A DNA stretch of 64,000 nt from Candidatus Nealsonbacteria bacterium (GCA_016188865.1 JACPGX010000001.1:77197-141196), one strand, 5' to 3'; positions 17,250 to 27,474 are shown, numbered from the stretch's first letter. Notes: generated by a model not told the origin, from the letters alone. Numbers and translations are program-made.

Positions 17250-19209
17250 ACTTTAACACAGTTATAGTTACTGCGGACGTTCACTGGCGCTTAGGACGCT
17301 CAGCTCACACCTTGCGGCATGAACCGGCATCTTTAACGTTCCAGCACTGGTCAGGTTTCGGCCCCTATACATCCTCTTGCGAGTTGAGCAGGGACCTGTG
17401 TTTTTGATAAACAGTCGCTTGGGATACTTTTGTTGCAGCCTCAAATCCTTGCGGACTGAGGCAGGCCTTATCGCGAACTTACGGCCACTTTTTTGCCGAG
17501 TTCCTTCAGGAGCTTTCACCCGTTCACCTTGGCGCATTTACGCCTGCCTACCTGTGTCGGTTTGCGGTACGGAACCAGTTAAATAGTATACTTAAAACTT
17601 TTCTTGGCAATCTTATTTTTAAGACTTCCGCTTGCGCGGAATAAAAATCCAATAATTTTCTCAAAAATTTTGACTGCGTCATCTTAAGATTATTTAACCG
17701 GTGGGCCGGAATATTAACCGGCTATCCATCTCTCGCTACCATTGGTAACAAAATTAGGACCGCCTAACCCTTGGCTGAATGTCATTGCCAAGGAAACCTC
17801 AGGCTTACGGTGTCCCGCGCTTTCAGCGGGATTGTGGTTACTCAAGCCAATATTCTCACTTCATAACGCTCCATGGTTGGTCACCCTTCCACTTCACAGC
17901 ATTATGAACGCTCCCCTACCCCGAGCATTCAATAAATTGAATACTCAGTCTTATCTTCGGTGCTGAGCTTAGTCCCGTATATCTTCGACGCGGGATCCCT
18001 TAGTTAGTAAGCTATTACGCACTTTTTAAAGGATAGCTGCTTCTAAGCTAACCTCCTAACTATCAAAGGAACCCCACTTCCTTGTAAACACTTAGCTCAT
18101 CTTAGGGACCTTAGATTAAGATCTGGGCTGTTTCCCTCATGACCTCGAAGCTTAGCCCTCGAAGTCTTACTATCCGCCTAAATTTTCTGGCATTCGGAGT
18201 TTAGTAGGAATACCTGGAGAAACTCCAAGATATTCCTTCTAGTGCTCTACCTCCAAAAAATAATGATGGCGGACGCTAGCCCTAAAGCTATTTCGGGGAG
18301 AACCAGCTATTACCAAGCTCGTTTAGGTTTTCTCTTCTTACCACAACTCATCCAAGAGTATTGCACGGCTCACTGGTTCGGACCTCCCCTCGCATTTCTG
18401 CGAAGTTCATCCTGGTTATGGTAAGCTCGCTTGGCTTCGGGTCTTACGCGCGCTCCTAATCGGGCTATTAACCCTTGCTTTCACTTTGCCTTCCTCCGTT
18501 TAACGGAGTTAGACTTGGAGCACACATAAACTCGTTGGCTCGTTCTGCAAAAAGCACGACGTCACCCTAAACCCTTGCGGGTCGCGGGCTCCGTCTCGTT
18601 GTGGGTAAAACGGTTTCAGGTTCTATTTCACCGCCCTTAACGGGCTACTTTTCACCTTTCCCTCACGGTACTGGTTCACTATCGGAGATATCGTAGTATT
18701 TAGCCTTGGCCGAGTAGTTCGGCCGGATTCCTTCAAAGCTTTCGTGCTTCGAAGTACTTAAGAAAAGTATCAAGGAGCATAAAGCCGTTTTCGCTTACGG
18801 GACTATTACCCTCTATGGTTGTCCTTTCCAGGAACATTCAACTAACGAAGCTTCACCTAAATGTTCTCCCTCCGGATTGCTCCGGACAATACTCCCTTGC
18901 AACACCACTCAATGCTTCTTGCGAAGCATAAAATGGTTTAGGCTGTTGCCCTTTCGCTCGCCGCTACTAAGGCAATAAAATTATTTTTCTTTTCCTCTGG
19001 GTACTATGATGTTTCGCTTCCCCAGGTTCGCCCCAGATACAATACTGCATCTGGCGGCCGAGTTTTAGCTCGGCCCTGTTTCCAGATTCGGAAATTCCCG
19101 GATCAAAGGTTGAGAGTCACCTCCCCGAGACTTATCGCAGACTCCCCACGTCCTTCATCGCCTCGATATCCCAAGGCATCCACCGTTTACCCTTAAATGC
19201 AATTTTTAC

Positions 19210-19242
19210 CTACATTAGCTAGCAATTAATAATTGCGTTATT
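19210..19242 (-). other. 5' strand of the 23S processing stem
   Basis: CTACATTAGCTAGCAATTAATAATTGCGTTATT pairs with 14733-14767. Confidence 0.7.
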
Positions 19243-19386
19243 AATTGTTATATTCAATTTTTAATGTCCATCATAATAAAAATAAAAAACCGCTTGCGAA
19301 GCGGTTCCACAAGGTAAAATAAAGCCCCTGGAGTCACCCGCTTCTTTTGTAAGTAATGGTTTTTATATTTATCATGGTCAAGTCCA

Positions 19387-19414
19387 ATTATAGCAAAGCA
19401 AAAACCCCTGTCAA
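19387..19414 (-). promoter_or_regulatory. candidate 23S-5S promoter
   Basis: Minus strand TTGACA (19414-19409), 16-nt spacer, TATAAT (19392-19387). The -35 box lies in the loop of the upstream terminator. Confidence 0.55.
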
Positions 19415-19428
19415 TAGACGGGGTTTTT
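19400..19428 (-). terminator. intrinsic terminator overlapping the stop codon of the 170-aa gene
   Basis: Minus strand AAAAACCCC-GTCTATTGACA-GGGGTTTTT. Confidence 0.65.
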
Positions 19429-19923
19429 AATAACTTCTTTCCTGGGAATTACTTCATCAATATGGCGAATCTCCCAGGGATACAATGTGTTACAATATTT
19501 CAAGTTCGCGAATTCCATGACATCTTCCTGGCGGGTGAAATAAAGATATGACACTTCAGATCTAGGATTCAAACCTATGGGCCCGTCAGCTACAATCTCC
19601 CAATTTCCTTTTGCCTCATAAGAAAGGATGCCCATATCTTTCAGAAGAGAATGCAATCTTTCTCGCTGACCATAAAATTCCCCTGTATTAAAATGTTCTC
19701 TATAACGCTGCCAATTTACTTTGGGCTTGCCGTCAACCACTTCAATAAATTCCTTGGCGTCTCGCTCAAAACCTTCTATCCACTCCGCTTTGGCGCACTC
19801 ATTACATAATCCGCTCCATTTAAAAATCTTTATTTGCATACCCAGATGAACGAATGAAAAATCTGCGCCTTTTCCGCTGACTTTATTTTTCTTGCACTTG
19901 TAACACAAGTCTACTTTCTCCAT
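19411..19923 (-). CDS. hypothetical 170-aa protein with an N-terminal CxxC...CxxC zinc ribbon
   Basis: AAAGGAGGAATTA ribosome-binding site. CYKC...CNEC cysteine pairs. No family recognised. Confidence 0.5.
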   Translation of the reverse strand: MEKVDLCYKCKKNKVSGKGADFSFVHLGMQIKIFKWSGLCNECAKAEWIEGFERDAKEFIEVVDGKPKVNWQRYREHFNTGEFYGQRERLHSLLKDMGILSYEAKGNWEIVADGPIGLNPRSEVSYLYFTRQEDVMEFANLKYCNTLYPWEIRHIDEVIPRKEVIKNPVY

Positions 19924-19987
19924 TAATTCCTCCTTTTGTTAAAGATCTACATTTAGATTATAAAGTTTTCCAAATAAAGTCGATAGT

Positions 19988-20410
19988 TTAAAAAAGCGTT
20001 TGAGTTTTAGCTTTGTTATCCAGGATTTCATTGACGAGCCGGTCGGCTTGCTTGTTTTTTTCGCGAGGAATAAGAATAAATTTAACTTTGCCGAAATCTA
20101 TTTTTAAATTCCAAACTTCAATGAAAAGTTGTTGAATCCTCGGTTCAGAAATTTTATATTCACCGTTTAATTGTCTTACCAAAAGTTCGGAATCAGACCT
20201 TAATTCCACTTCTGCTTCTTTTATTCTCTCTTTACCAAAAAGCGCTTTTGATTTCTTTAGGGCAAAAATTACGGCTTTATATTCTGCCTCGTTGTTTGTG
20301 CCATCGCCAATAAACTCTGCGTATCCCCTGCCATTTATAATCGCTCCGATTGCCGAGGGTCCGGGATTGCCTCTAGACCCGCCGTCAGTGTAAACAATTA
20401 TTTTATCCAT
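19988..20410 (-). CDS. rnhA: ribonuclease HI
   Basis: VYTDGGSRGNPG, NNEAEY, SDSELLV and KNKQADRL contain the DEDD catalytic residues in order. Confidence 0.85.
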   Translation of the reverse strand: MDKIIVYTDGGSRGNPGPSAIGAIINGRGYAEFIGDGTNNEAEYKAVIFALKKSKALFGKERIKEAEVELRSDSELLVRQLNGEYKISEPRIQQLFIEVWNLKIDFGKVKFILIPREKNKQADRLVNEILDNKAKTQTLF

Positions 20411-20543
20411 ATTTTTATTCTACCCTTCGACGCGGCTCAGAGCAAGTCCAAATTTGAAAGCCGCTGCTTTTGCAAAGGCGAAATTTGATTTTATTTTAAT
20501 ATTAAATTAAAATAATGATAGCTCTTTTAAAAAGAGGTGGAAA

Positions 20544-21734
20544 ATGCCTACGCATGATACTGCCGAATTGCTGGGTTTTTCTGAAAAGAATCCTTACACG
20601 GCCGTAAGAACGCAAGTTAACCTTGATGAAATCATCTTACTTCCCCAGCCGAGGAAAACCTTTGAAGAAATTCCCGAACTGGGAATGAGCATTTTATTCA
20701 ACAAACTGATTTACTTGCCAGTATTGGCTTACTTTAACAAAGAACAATTTAAAAGATATTTATCAATACTGAGCGAGCTGTGGCGCGTTCCGCTTTCAAT
20801 AGAAAATTATCTGTTTTTTGGCGTTCACGATATAGAAAAAGGGGAAATTTATTACAAAGTCCTAATAGACGGTGAACGCAGAGTAAGGGCTTGCCGCTAT
20901 TATCAGCAGCACGGCTGCGATGAGCACGCTGATGTAAGGGGCTGCTATAAACTCCACTTTGGCAATGAAAAAGTTGAAGCGACTCTTTGCCTCAACATTT
21001 CTCCGATCAAGGCGCTAGGATTGCAAAGCACGGCCAACAGCCACAACCGCGTCCCAGCCCACGAAGATGCCGTATTTTTGGATCAATTTTTTAGAATGAT
21101 TCTAATATGCGACCAGAAATACCCCATAACAAGATTTGCTAAGTTAGTCGGAAGAAGCCCGGAAACCATCAGAAATGCCATAAAGTTTTGCCTGCTCCCC
21201 GAAGAAATTAGAAATATGGTGCCCGCGGAAATTCCTTACGGTATTGCTTGCGAAGTGGCCCGCCTTCACAATTTCGGAGTTTCAGAAGCAGAGCTAAAAG
21301 GCTGGGTGATGATGACGATCGTACAAAAACAAAAAATACCAGATTTCAGAAAAGTGGTGAATGATTTTATGAGGCAGCAGCAATCCGGACAGACAACTCT
21401 TTTCGATCTATTCTCTGATAAACAAAGAGCAGAACTTGAAAAACGCGGCTATAAGTTGATTGTTTCCCGCCACATGATTAATGCCGTCTGGCAGTGGATA
21501 AATTATTTTGATACTCTTTTGTGTTTATTCGAAGAAGGCAAATTGGGTAAGGAAGATTCTCCTTTCTCAATTAAAAGCCCCCTGAAAGTTTTCAAAACTT
21601 TGATTGAAAAAGAGAAAAAACTCCTTCCTCATTTAGAATGCTTATTGCCGGAAAAAAAATATAAAGAAGCAAAAATTACGCTGGAAAAAGCAGAATCTCT
21701 GATTATCCGACTCGAATCAATATCACAACAATAA
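20544..21734 (+). CDS. divergent ParB/Srx-domain protein (ParB-like, no parA neighbour)
   Basis: LIDGERRVRA arginine-finger box, and an HTH-like GRSPETIRNAIKFCLLPEEIRNMV. The Cys/His cluster CRYYQQHGCDEHADVRGC follows immediately after the arginine-finger box. Confidence 0.6.
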   Translation: MPTHDTAELLGFSEKNPYTAVRTQVNLDEIILLPQPRKTFEEIPELGMSILFNKLIYLPVLAYFNKEQFKRYLSILSELWRVPLSIENYLFFGVHDIEKGEIYYKVLIDGERRVRACRYYQQHGCDEHADVRGCYKLHFGNEKVEATLCLNISPIKALGLQSTANSHNRVPAHEDAVFLDQFFRMILICDQKYPITRFAKLVGRSPETIRNAIKFCLLPEEIRNMVPAEIPYGIACEVARLHNFGVSEAELKGWVMMTIVQKQKIPDFRKVVNDFMRQQQSGQTTLFDLFSDKQRAELEKRGYKLIVSRHMINAVWQWINYFDTLLCLFEEGKLGKEDSPFSIKSPLKVFKTLIEKEKKLLPHLECLLPEKKYKEAKITLEKAESLIIRLESISQQ

Positions 21735-21760
21735 AAAAGGACGAAAACTCGTCCTTTTTC
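21734..21760 (+). terminator. intrinsic terminator after the ParB-like gene
   Basis: AAAAAGGACGA-aaac-TCGTCCTTTTT. Confidence 0.7.
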
Positions 21761-21798
21761 TATCTAGTGATTATCAGACTTTCGGCCTCAAGAAGGTT

Positions 21799-21828
21799 CC
21801 TGGCACCTTTTCCGTGTGACCAGGTTTT
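21799..21828 (+). terminator. second hairpin plus T-run
   Basis: CCTGG-n16-CCAGGTTTT. Confidence 0.4.
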
Positions 21829-21829
21829 A

Positions 21830-21870
21830 AAATAAAAACCCCCTACTCATAAACGAGCATGGGGGTTTTG
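21830..21870 (-). terminator. intrinsic terminator of the NAD-salvage operon
   Basis: Minus strand AAAACCCCC-n17-GGGGGTTTTTATTTT. Confidence 0.7.
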
Positions 21871-21884
21871 CAACAAAGAACAGA

Positions 21885-22781
21885 TTAACCTTGATAATAA
21901 CGGGTAAAAAGCTGATTCATCACTTCATGAAAAGAAACTTCGGGGAAAATATCTTTGGCGTATATCTGCATAACTGCGTATTGTCGGGCAATTTTTCTTA
22001 AATGTAGCCGTTCCCGTTCGCTGCCTGGTTCAAATTGAGTATTCCAGTAAAGCGGTGCTTTTCGGCCGACCATACCCCAGCGGAATTCAAAATTATATTC
22101 GTCGTGTTCATATTCAAGGAGACTTAGCATCATGTGGAAATCTTCCATGCCAGCAACTGGCGTTTCACCGAAACCCTCTACAGGAATCGTTCGACCAGTT
22201 CCGTTGCATGCCGGCGAGAAACCACCAACGACATTAACGTTAAATATTTCTCTTTTCCATAAAGCCGCAGTGTTTTGGATGACATTCCATTGGGGCCGTT
22301 CCCACCAGTTCTCACGCAGGAAGCCGACCGCTGAAAGGTTATATTTTTCGGCGTGGGCGAGCCCTTGGGCGACACGGTAGCCGTCCATTTCTATTTCTGG
22401 CGACCAATTGAGTACCCATTCGAAAGATATTTTTTCAGCTATTTCTCGAAATCCTTGGTTTAATGCCGTGGCGCTCCCTGGATTTGGTCCCCATTTATGG
22501 TCTAGAACAAGGAGGAGACGTTTCTCCTCTATTTCTTTTGAGAAGGTTTCTTGAAGGGCGATCATTGTTGGGGTCAGGCCGGCGCTATTTGGGATTTCCG
22601 CTAAAGGATTGCCGGATTCGCCGTTGATGACTACCACGATAGTTTGAACGACCTCGTCGAATTTCAGCAATCGCCTTAAGGGACGCACCAGTCCATTTTC
22701 GAAAATTTCTCCATTAAATGGTTTGCCACCTTCACCCGTTCCGCTTTGAAAAGACCTAGTAATCACGACAACTTTTTCCAT
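21885..22781 (-). CDS. hypothetical protein with a GT-A (GT2-like) glycosyl/nucleotidyl-transferase motif pattern
   Basis: VVVITRS, IVVVINGES, GPNPGSATALNQG, a WSPEIEMD acidic patch and WKREIF..VGGF. AAGGAGGT ribosome-binding site 20 nt after pncB. GC is higher than in its neighbours. Confidence 0.4.
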   Translation of the reverse strand: MEKVVVITRSFQSGTGEGGKPFNGEIFENGLVRPLRRLLKFDEVVQTIVVVINGESGNPLAEIPNSAGLTPTMIALQETFSKEIEEKRLLLVLDHKWGPNPGSATALNQGFREIAEKISFEWVLNWSPEIEMDGYRVAQGLAHAEKYNLSAVGFLRENWWERPQWNVIQNTAALWKREIFNVNVVGGFSPACNGTGRTIPVEGFGETPVAGMEDFHMMLSLLEYEHDEYNFEFRWGMVGRKAPLYWNTQFEPGSERERLHLRKIARQYAVMQIYAKDIFPEVSFHEVMNQLFTRYYQG

Positions 22782-22801
22782 CTTTTACCTCCTTTTTCTA
22801 T

Positions 22802-24208
22802 TTAGTGTTCTAATATCAGTTTTTGTTTTAACTGCGAGAGTTGTTCTGTCAAACCCACCCAATAGTATTCCGGATTCAAAAGGCGTTTGTATTCCGGCTC
22901 CAGCATATCTACTTGGGAAAACATTGTCTTTTGAATCTCTGGTAAAAACGGCGGCTTATAAACAAATTCTCCTTCAAGAAAAATTGGTTCTAGAACCTCG
23001 CGGAAAGCACCTCGAAGCGCTTTCTTTTTATACGGAAAAACCTGATCAAAAGTCGTAATCGGCAAACTAATTTTTTCTTCCTCTAGTGCCAGAAAATCTC
23101 CGGCCAATTTTCCATTTTCTCCCAAAACCCTGACTATCTTTTTTATTCCCGGATTCGTCATTTTTTCAACATTGCTGGAAATCTTTATTTTCGGCAAAAC
23201 TCTGCCTTCTTTTTCAATGGCAACAAGTTTATAAACCACGCCTAGAGACGGGACATCTTTGGATGTGATCAGATGCGTGCCGACGCCGAAAATATCAACC
23301 CTGGCTCCTTGCGCAATCAAATCCTTAACTATCCATTCATCTAATTCATTGGAGGCGACAATTTTTACTTCAGATAATCCTGCCTCATCAAGAAGACGCC
23401 TGGCCTCGATGCTTAACTTTTTGATATCCCCGCTATCAAGTCTAATCCCTGATAATTGCAAGCCGAGTTTTTTTAACGACAAGCCCACTCTTATTGCTTT
23501 CTTAACGCCTTCAATGGTCTCGTAAGTGTCAACTAACAAAAGCGTGCTCTTTGGAAAAATTTCAGCATAATTCATGAAAGCTTCAATTTCTGAATCAAAT
23601 GACTGAATCCAGCTATGGGCCATGGTGCCTCTCACCGGAATGCCATACTCTCTGCCAGCTAAAACATTGGAGGTGCTGGCGCATCCGCCAATGAAAGCTG
23701 CTCTGGCGCCGCAAAGAGCGCCATTCGGTCCTTGAGCGCGTCTCGCTCCAAATTCTATTACTTCCCGGCCATCCGCAGCAAGACAGATTCTGTTAGCTTT
23801 AGTAGCTACTAAAGTCGGATAGCCCACTAAATTAAGCAGGGCTGTTTCTAAAAACTGAGCTTCAAGCAGAGGAGCAGCCACTCGAATTAACGGCTCGTTG
23901 GGAAAAATCAAAGATCCCTCTGGCACAGCGTAAATATCGCCAGTAAAATGAAAGTCTTTTAAATATTTCAAAAAATCTTCTGAAAAAAGCTCCAAAGATC
24001 TAAGATATCCAATGTCTTTCTTGGTAAAACGGAGATTCTGCACATATTTAATCGCATCTTCCAAGCCCGCAGCTATGCAATAACCGCCTTGAGAAGGAAT
24101 TTTTCTGAAATAAAGGTCGAAAGTGGCTCGTTCTTTGGTTTTCCTTAATTCAAAATATCCAGCCAGCATGGTCAACTCATAGAGATCTGTCAGTAAAGTT
24201 AAATTCAT
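22802..24208 (-). CDS. pncB: nicotinate phosphoribosyltransferase
   Basis: N-terminal LLTDLYELTMLAGYF and GTMAHSWI. Confidence 0.9.
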   Translation of the reverse strand: MNLTLLTDLYELTMLAGYFELRKTKERATFDLYFRKIPSQGGYCIAAGLEDAIKYVQNLRFTKKDIGYLRSLELFSEDFLKYLKDFHFTGDIYAVPEGSLIFPNEPLIRVAAPLLEAQFLETALLNLVGYPTLVATKANRICLAADGREVIEFGARRAQGPNGALCGARAAFIGGCASTSNVLAGREYGIPVRGTMAHSWIQSFDSEIEAFMNYAEIFPKSTLLLVDTYETIEGVKKAIRVGLSLKKLGLQLSGIRLDSGDIKKLSIEARRLLDEAGLSEVKIVASNELDEWIVKDLIAQGARVDIFGVGTHLITSKDVPSLGVVYKLVAIEKEGRVLPKIKISSNVEKMTNPGIKKIVRVLGENGKLAGDFLALEEEKISLPITTFDQVFPYKKKALRGAFREVLEPIFLEGEFVYKPPFLPEIQKTMFSQVDMLEPEYKRLLNPEYYWVGLTEQLSQLKQKLILEH

Positions 24209-24209
24209 C

Positions 24210-24968
24210 TTACGCCTCCTGCACTTTCATTATTTTTTTTACTAGTCTGGCGGTAAAATCCTCGTCTTCCAAAAAAGCTAACTTTAGCTTTTGTTTTGCT
24301 TTCTTGATTCTTATTTCTTTAAAATACGGCAGCTCAAGGCTATCATACCAGCCTCTTACTTCATCGGGCGGACTTAAAAGAGTAATTTCCAATACGCTAT
24401 CAAGAGGAAAAATCATGGGCATAATCTGGAAAGGCGTATTGCGCACTACTGGCGCAAAACAAATCACTGACAGCTTGGGGTGGATAGCCGAACCGCCGGC
24501 AGGTGCGAAATACCCGTTAGCGCCCAAAGCGCTAGCAATAACAATGCCGTCTCCAGCAATTCTTTCGTCAATAACCGTTCCGTCAACGATTACTTTTGTT
24601 TTGCAAGTTTTACCGCTAATCCTGTTAAAGTAAACATCCAAAGCTGGACTTTTCCAATTGCCTGCCTTAATTTCCAATAAAGGAAATTTATGAATATCGA
24701 ATCTCTTATTAGCTATTCCGTCAATTGAGCTGACATTGTTCATCAAAAATCCCTTATGGCCGCAATTGATGCCCAAAAATACCGGTTTAAAATCGTAACG
24801 GTGGAAAGCCTCAAGCATCGTCCCGTCCCCGCCAACTACCGCCACCAGTTTCTCTGCCGTTTTTAAACTCAAACGGGGTATGCCGGTCATTAATGAAACG
24901 AAAGTCTTAGCCCTTTCTGATGTTTCGTCAAAAAAAACATCAAAGCCATCTCTTTCTATGATTTTCAT
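24210..24968 (-). CDS. nadK: NAD kinase
   Basis: The VVGGDGTMLEA motif. Confidence 0.85.
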   Translation of the reverse strand: MKIIERDGFDVFFDETSERAKTFVSLMTGIPRLSLKTAEKLVAVVGGDGTMLEAFHRYDFKPVFLGINCGHKGFLMNNVSSIDGIANKRFDIHKFPLLEIKAGNWKSPALDVYFNRISGKTCKTKVIVDGTVIDERIAGDGIVIASALGANGYFAPAGGSAIHPKLSVICFAPVVRNTPFQIMPMIFPLDSVLEITLLSPPDEVRGWYDSLELPYFKEIRIKKAKQKLKLAFLEDEDFTARLVKKIMKVQEA

Positions 24969-25076
24969 TTTTTTCTCCTTATTAAATTTTCAAGTTTCTA
25001 TTTCTGGAGAGATAAAATGTTTTATCTTCCCGGAAATAGGGCCGTCCTTCGCTTCGCTCGGGACAGCCTTATATAT

Positions 25077-25643
25077 TTAAACTTCTCTTGAAATAATGAT
25101 TTGAATACCGGCTTTCTTCATTTCCTTGATCGCTCGGGCTACGTCTCCATGCTTTGCATTCACACCCCGACAAGCATCGATAATAACATAAGTCTCAAAT
25201 CCTACTTTCTTTGCGTCAAGCGCCGTTTCCTTCACGCAATAATCAGTGGCTAAGCCGCAGACATAAACTCTTTTAACGCCGTTTTCTTTCAACAATTTCT
25301 CTAAGTCAGTTCCGTCAAAACCGGAATATGCTTCTTTGTTCGGATCGGTGCCTTTTTCTATCATCATAACGCGGATTTTCGACGGCAAACTCAATTCCGG
25401 ATGGAATTTTGCACCATCAGTATTTTTCACGCCATGTTTCGGCCAAATACCGCCATACTCCTTAAATGAGCAGTGGTTTTCAGGATGCCCCTCTTTCGTA
25501 AAAATGATGATGTCGAAGGCATTCTCTATGCGGTTAATGACCGGCACCACATCATCGCCATGCGGCACTGGTAGGGCCCCTCCAGGACAAAAACACTTCT
25601 GGACATCCACCACTATCAAGGCGCTTATTTTCTTGTCCGCCAT
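25077..25643 (-). CDS. pncA: nicotinamidase/pyrazinamidase (isochorismatase family)
   Basis: ALIVVDVQKCFCPGGALPV and the catalytic Cys context VCGLATDYCV. Confidence 0.85.
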   Translation of the reverse strand: MADKKISALIVVDVQKCFCPGGALPVPHGDDVVPVINRIENAFDIIIFTKEGHPENHCSFKEYGGIWPKHGVKNTDGAKFHPELSLPSKIRVMMIEKGTDPNKEAYSGFDGTDLEKLLKENGVKRVYVCGLATDYCVKETALDAKKVGFETYVIIDACRGVNAKHGDVARAIKEMKKAGIQIIISREV

Positions 25644-25657
25644 TCAACCTCCTTTTT

Positions 25658-26245
25658 TTATTTCCACTCAGATTTTAGAATCGACATTCTCAAAAGGTCA
25701 ATATATCGGCCACCTTCTACCCTGTATTCGTCGCGCATTACGCCTTCTCGCTTAAAGCCAAACTTCTCATATATATGAATTGCCAAATCGTTATCTGCTC
25801 TGGCTGTCAGATAAACTTTATTCATTCCAAGCTTACCAAAGGCAAATCCCAGAAGAAGATTTAAAGATGATGTCCCGTAGCCCTGCCTCCAGTAATTTTT
25901 GTTGAAAATTATGATGCCTATCCTCAAGTTATTGTTTACCCAGTCAATATCGTGCAAGCCGCAAGTCCCCAAAAATTCGCCAGACTTAAATCCTATGACG
26001 AATATATGATCATTTCGGCTTTCAATAATTTTACAAAAATATTCTAACTGGCGGTCAAGCGTTGCTCCATTATGGAAAAAAGAAAAATATCTTAAGGCAT
26101 CCCTGACATCTGAATCGCCCGCCCACTTCACGACATTCTCCGCATCCTGCGCGATACTTTTCCAGCTAATCGGCCTAAGATTTATATTTTCGTTGCTTAT
26201 GATTTCGGGCAGCCATGCTTTCTCCATCAGACCCTCCTTAGACAA
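25658..26245 (-). CDS. GNAT-family N-acetyltransferase (RimJ/RimL-like)
   Basis: An acetyl-CoA motif region WRQGYGTSSL and ARADNDLAIHIYEKFGF. Confidence 0.75.
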   Translation of the reverse strand: MSKEGLMEKAWLPEIISNENINLRPISWKSIAQDAENVVKWAGDSDVRDALRYFSFFHNGATLDRQLEYFCKIIESRNDHIFVIGFKSGEFLGTCGLHDIDWVNNNLRIGIIIFNKNYWRQGYGTSSLNLLLGFAFGKLGMNKVYLTARADNDLAIHIYEKFGFKREGVMRDEYRVEGGRYIDLLRMSILKSEWK

Positions 26246-26302
26246 ATATAAAAAGAGCGGTATTTTTTATTACGTTGTATTATATACCTCTTTACAAAAA
26301 AG

Positions 26303-27454
26303 TCAAATCTTAAAATATTTTAACAGGCACTTTTGAAATTTTCCCAAGTTTTTATTTTTAATGCGGAAGCCGGCTGCTTGCGGATGCCCTCCGTATGTTT
26401 CAAGATATTTTGAGCAATAAATCATGGGTTTTACCCCGTCAATACCCTTAGGGGTTCTGACAGCTCCTTGAGAGTCATTTTTTCTCTGGCTATATAAAAA
26501 AGTTGGTTTTTTATAAGTGTTGCATATTCGGGAAGCGGCGGGAGCGGCTATTAAAATAGGCCAATCTTTATCTCCCTCAAAAATAATCGGCTCTTCTATT
26601 TTCTTTAGAGCTCTCTTTTCAACCTCCTCCGTTGCTACTTTAATCCTTTGCTGGCGGATATAAGATTTCTCTGAAAGTTCGACTGCCAAAGATTCTGCTC
26701 CTTCTAACGAAGGCGAAGTTAGAAGAAAATATGCTTCATTAATATGCTCTTTCGTTTCACCGGCATGGCAAGCAGAAATTATCTTTTGCGCCATAGGTCG
26801 AGAACCGTTCTCGCCCTCTTTTGCGAAGACTTGGAGGCCGGGACGGAAGGTACTTTTTAAAGAAGCTAATCCTTCGGTTATAATTTTTATATTATCTTCT
26901 TCCTCTATCATCATATCGGCTATGGTAGCTAAAGCTGCCAGCTCTAAAAAATTACCTCTCAAGGCTGGGGTCATTTTTTTATCCAAAAGAGCTTCGGATA
27001 ATTTAAAAACAACTCCGGCTGCGGCAAATTCCTTGAAAGGATACTTATCTCCTTTTTGTTTCGGATTTACTATAATTTTTGCATCTGGCAGTTTATTTAA
27101 AACCTTATGGTGGTCAACAACCATCACTTCAAAACCAAGTTTTTTGGCTAATTTTATTTCCTTAAAATTTCCTATACCCAAATCTACGGTAATGAATAAA
27201 GCCGGAGAATATTTTTTCAAATAATTTAAAGCGTCTTCATTCACGCCGTAGCCTTCTGTCTCCCTATCCGGAAAATATATTGCCGATACCTTGCCGCCAA
27301 GATTGATAATGGCTTCTTTTAAAATAATAACCGAACTAACGCCGTCCATGTCGGCGTCTCCATAGAGAATAATTCTCTCTTTTTTCTTTATGGCTTTTTT
27401 TATCCTCTCTGCCGCTTTTTTTAGATTTTTGATTTGGGACTTGACAGATTTCAT
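26303..27454 (-). CDS. DHH-family phosphoesterase, RecJ-like (short)
   Basis: GDADMDGVSS, DRETEGYG, VVDHH and GGHPQAAG motifs. Confidence 0.75.
   Translation of the reverse strand: MKSVKSQIKNLKKAAERIKKAIKKKERIILYGDADMDGVSSVIILKEAIINLGGKVSAIYFPDRETEGYGVNEDALNYLKKYSPALFITVDLGIGNFKEIKLAKKLGFEVMVVDHHKVLNKLPDAKIIVNPKQKGDKYPFKEFAAAGVVFKLSEALLDKKMTPALRGNFLELAALATIADMMIEEEDNIKIITEGLASLKSTFRPGLQVFAKEGENGSRPMAQKIISACHAGETKEHINEAYFLLTSPSLEGAESLAVELSEKSYIRQQRIKVATEEVEKRALKKIEEPIIFEGDKDWPILIAAPAASRICNTYKKPTFLYSQRKNDSQGAVRTPKGIDGVKPMIYCSKYLETYGGHPQAAGFRIKNKNLGKFQKCLLKYFKI
26794..26817. repeat. REP family 1 copy inside the RecJ-like CDS
   Basis: ATAGGTCGAGAACCGTTCTCGCCC, translated in frame as EGENGSRPM. 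Confidence 0.8.
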
Positions 27455-27468
27455 AGATATGCTATACT
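27440..27468 (+). promoter_or_regulatory. consensus extended -10 promoter of ncRNA-1
   Basis: CTTGACAGATTTCATAGATATGCTATACT: TTGACA 27441-46, 16-nt spacer, TGc TATACT 27463-68. Identical 29-mer at 28140-28168. Overlaps the first codons of the RecJ-like gene on the other strand. Confidence 0.75.
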
Positions 27469-27474
27469 TATAAT

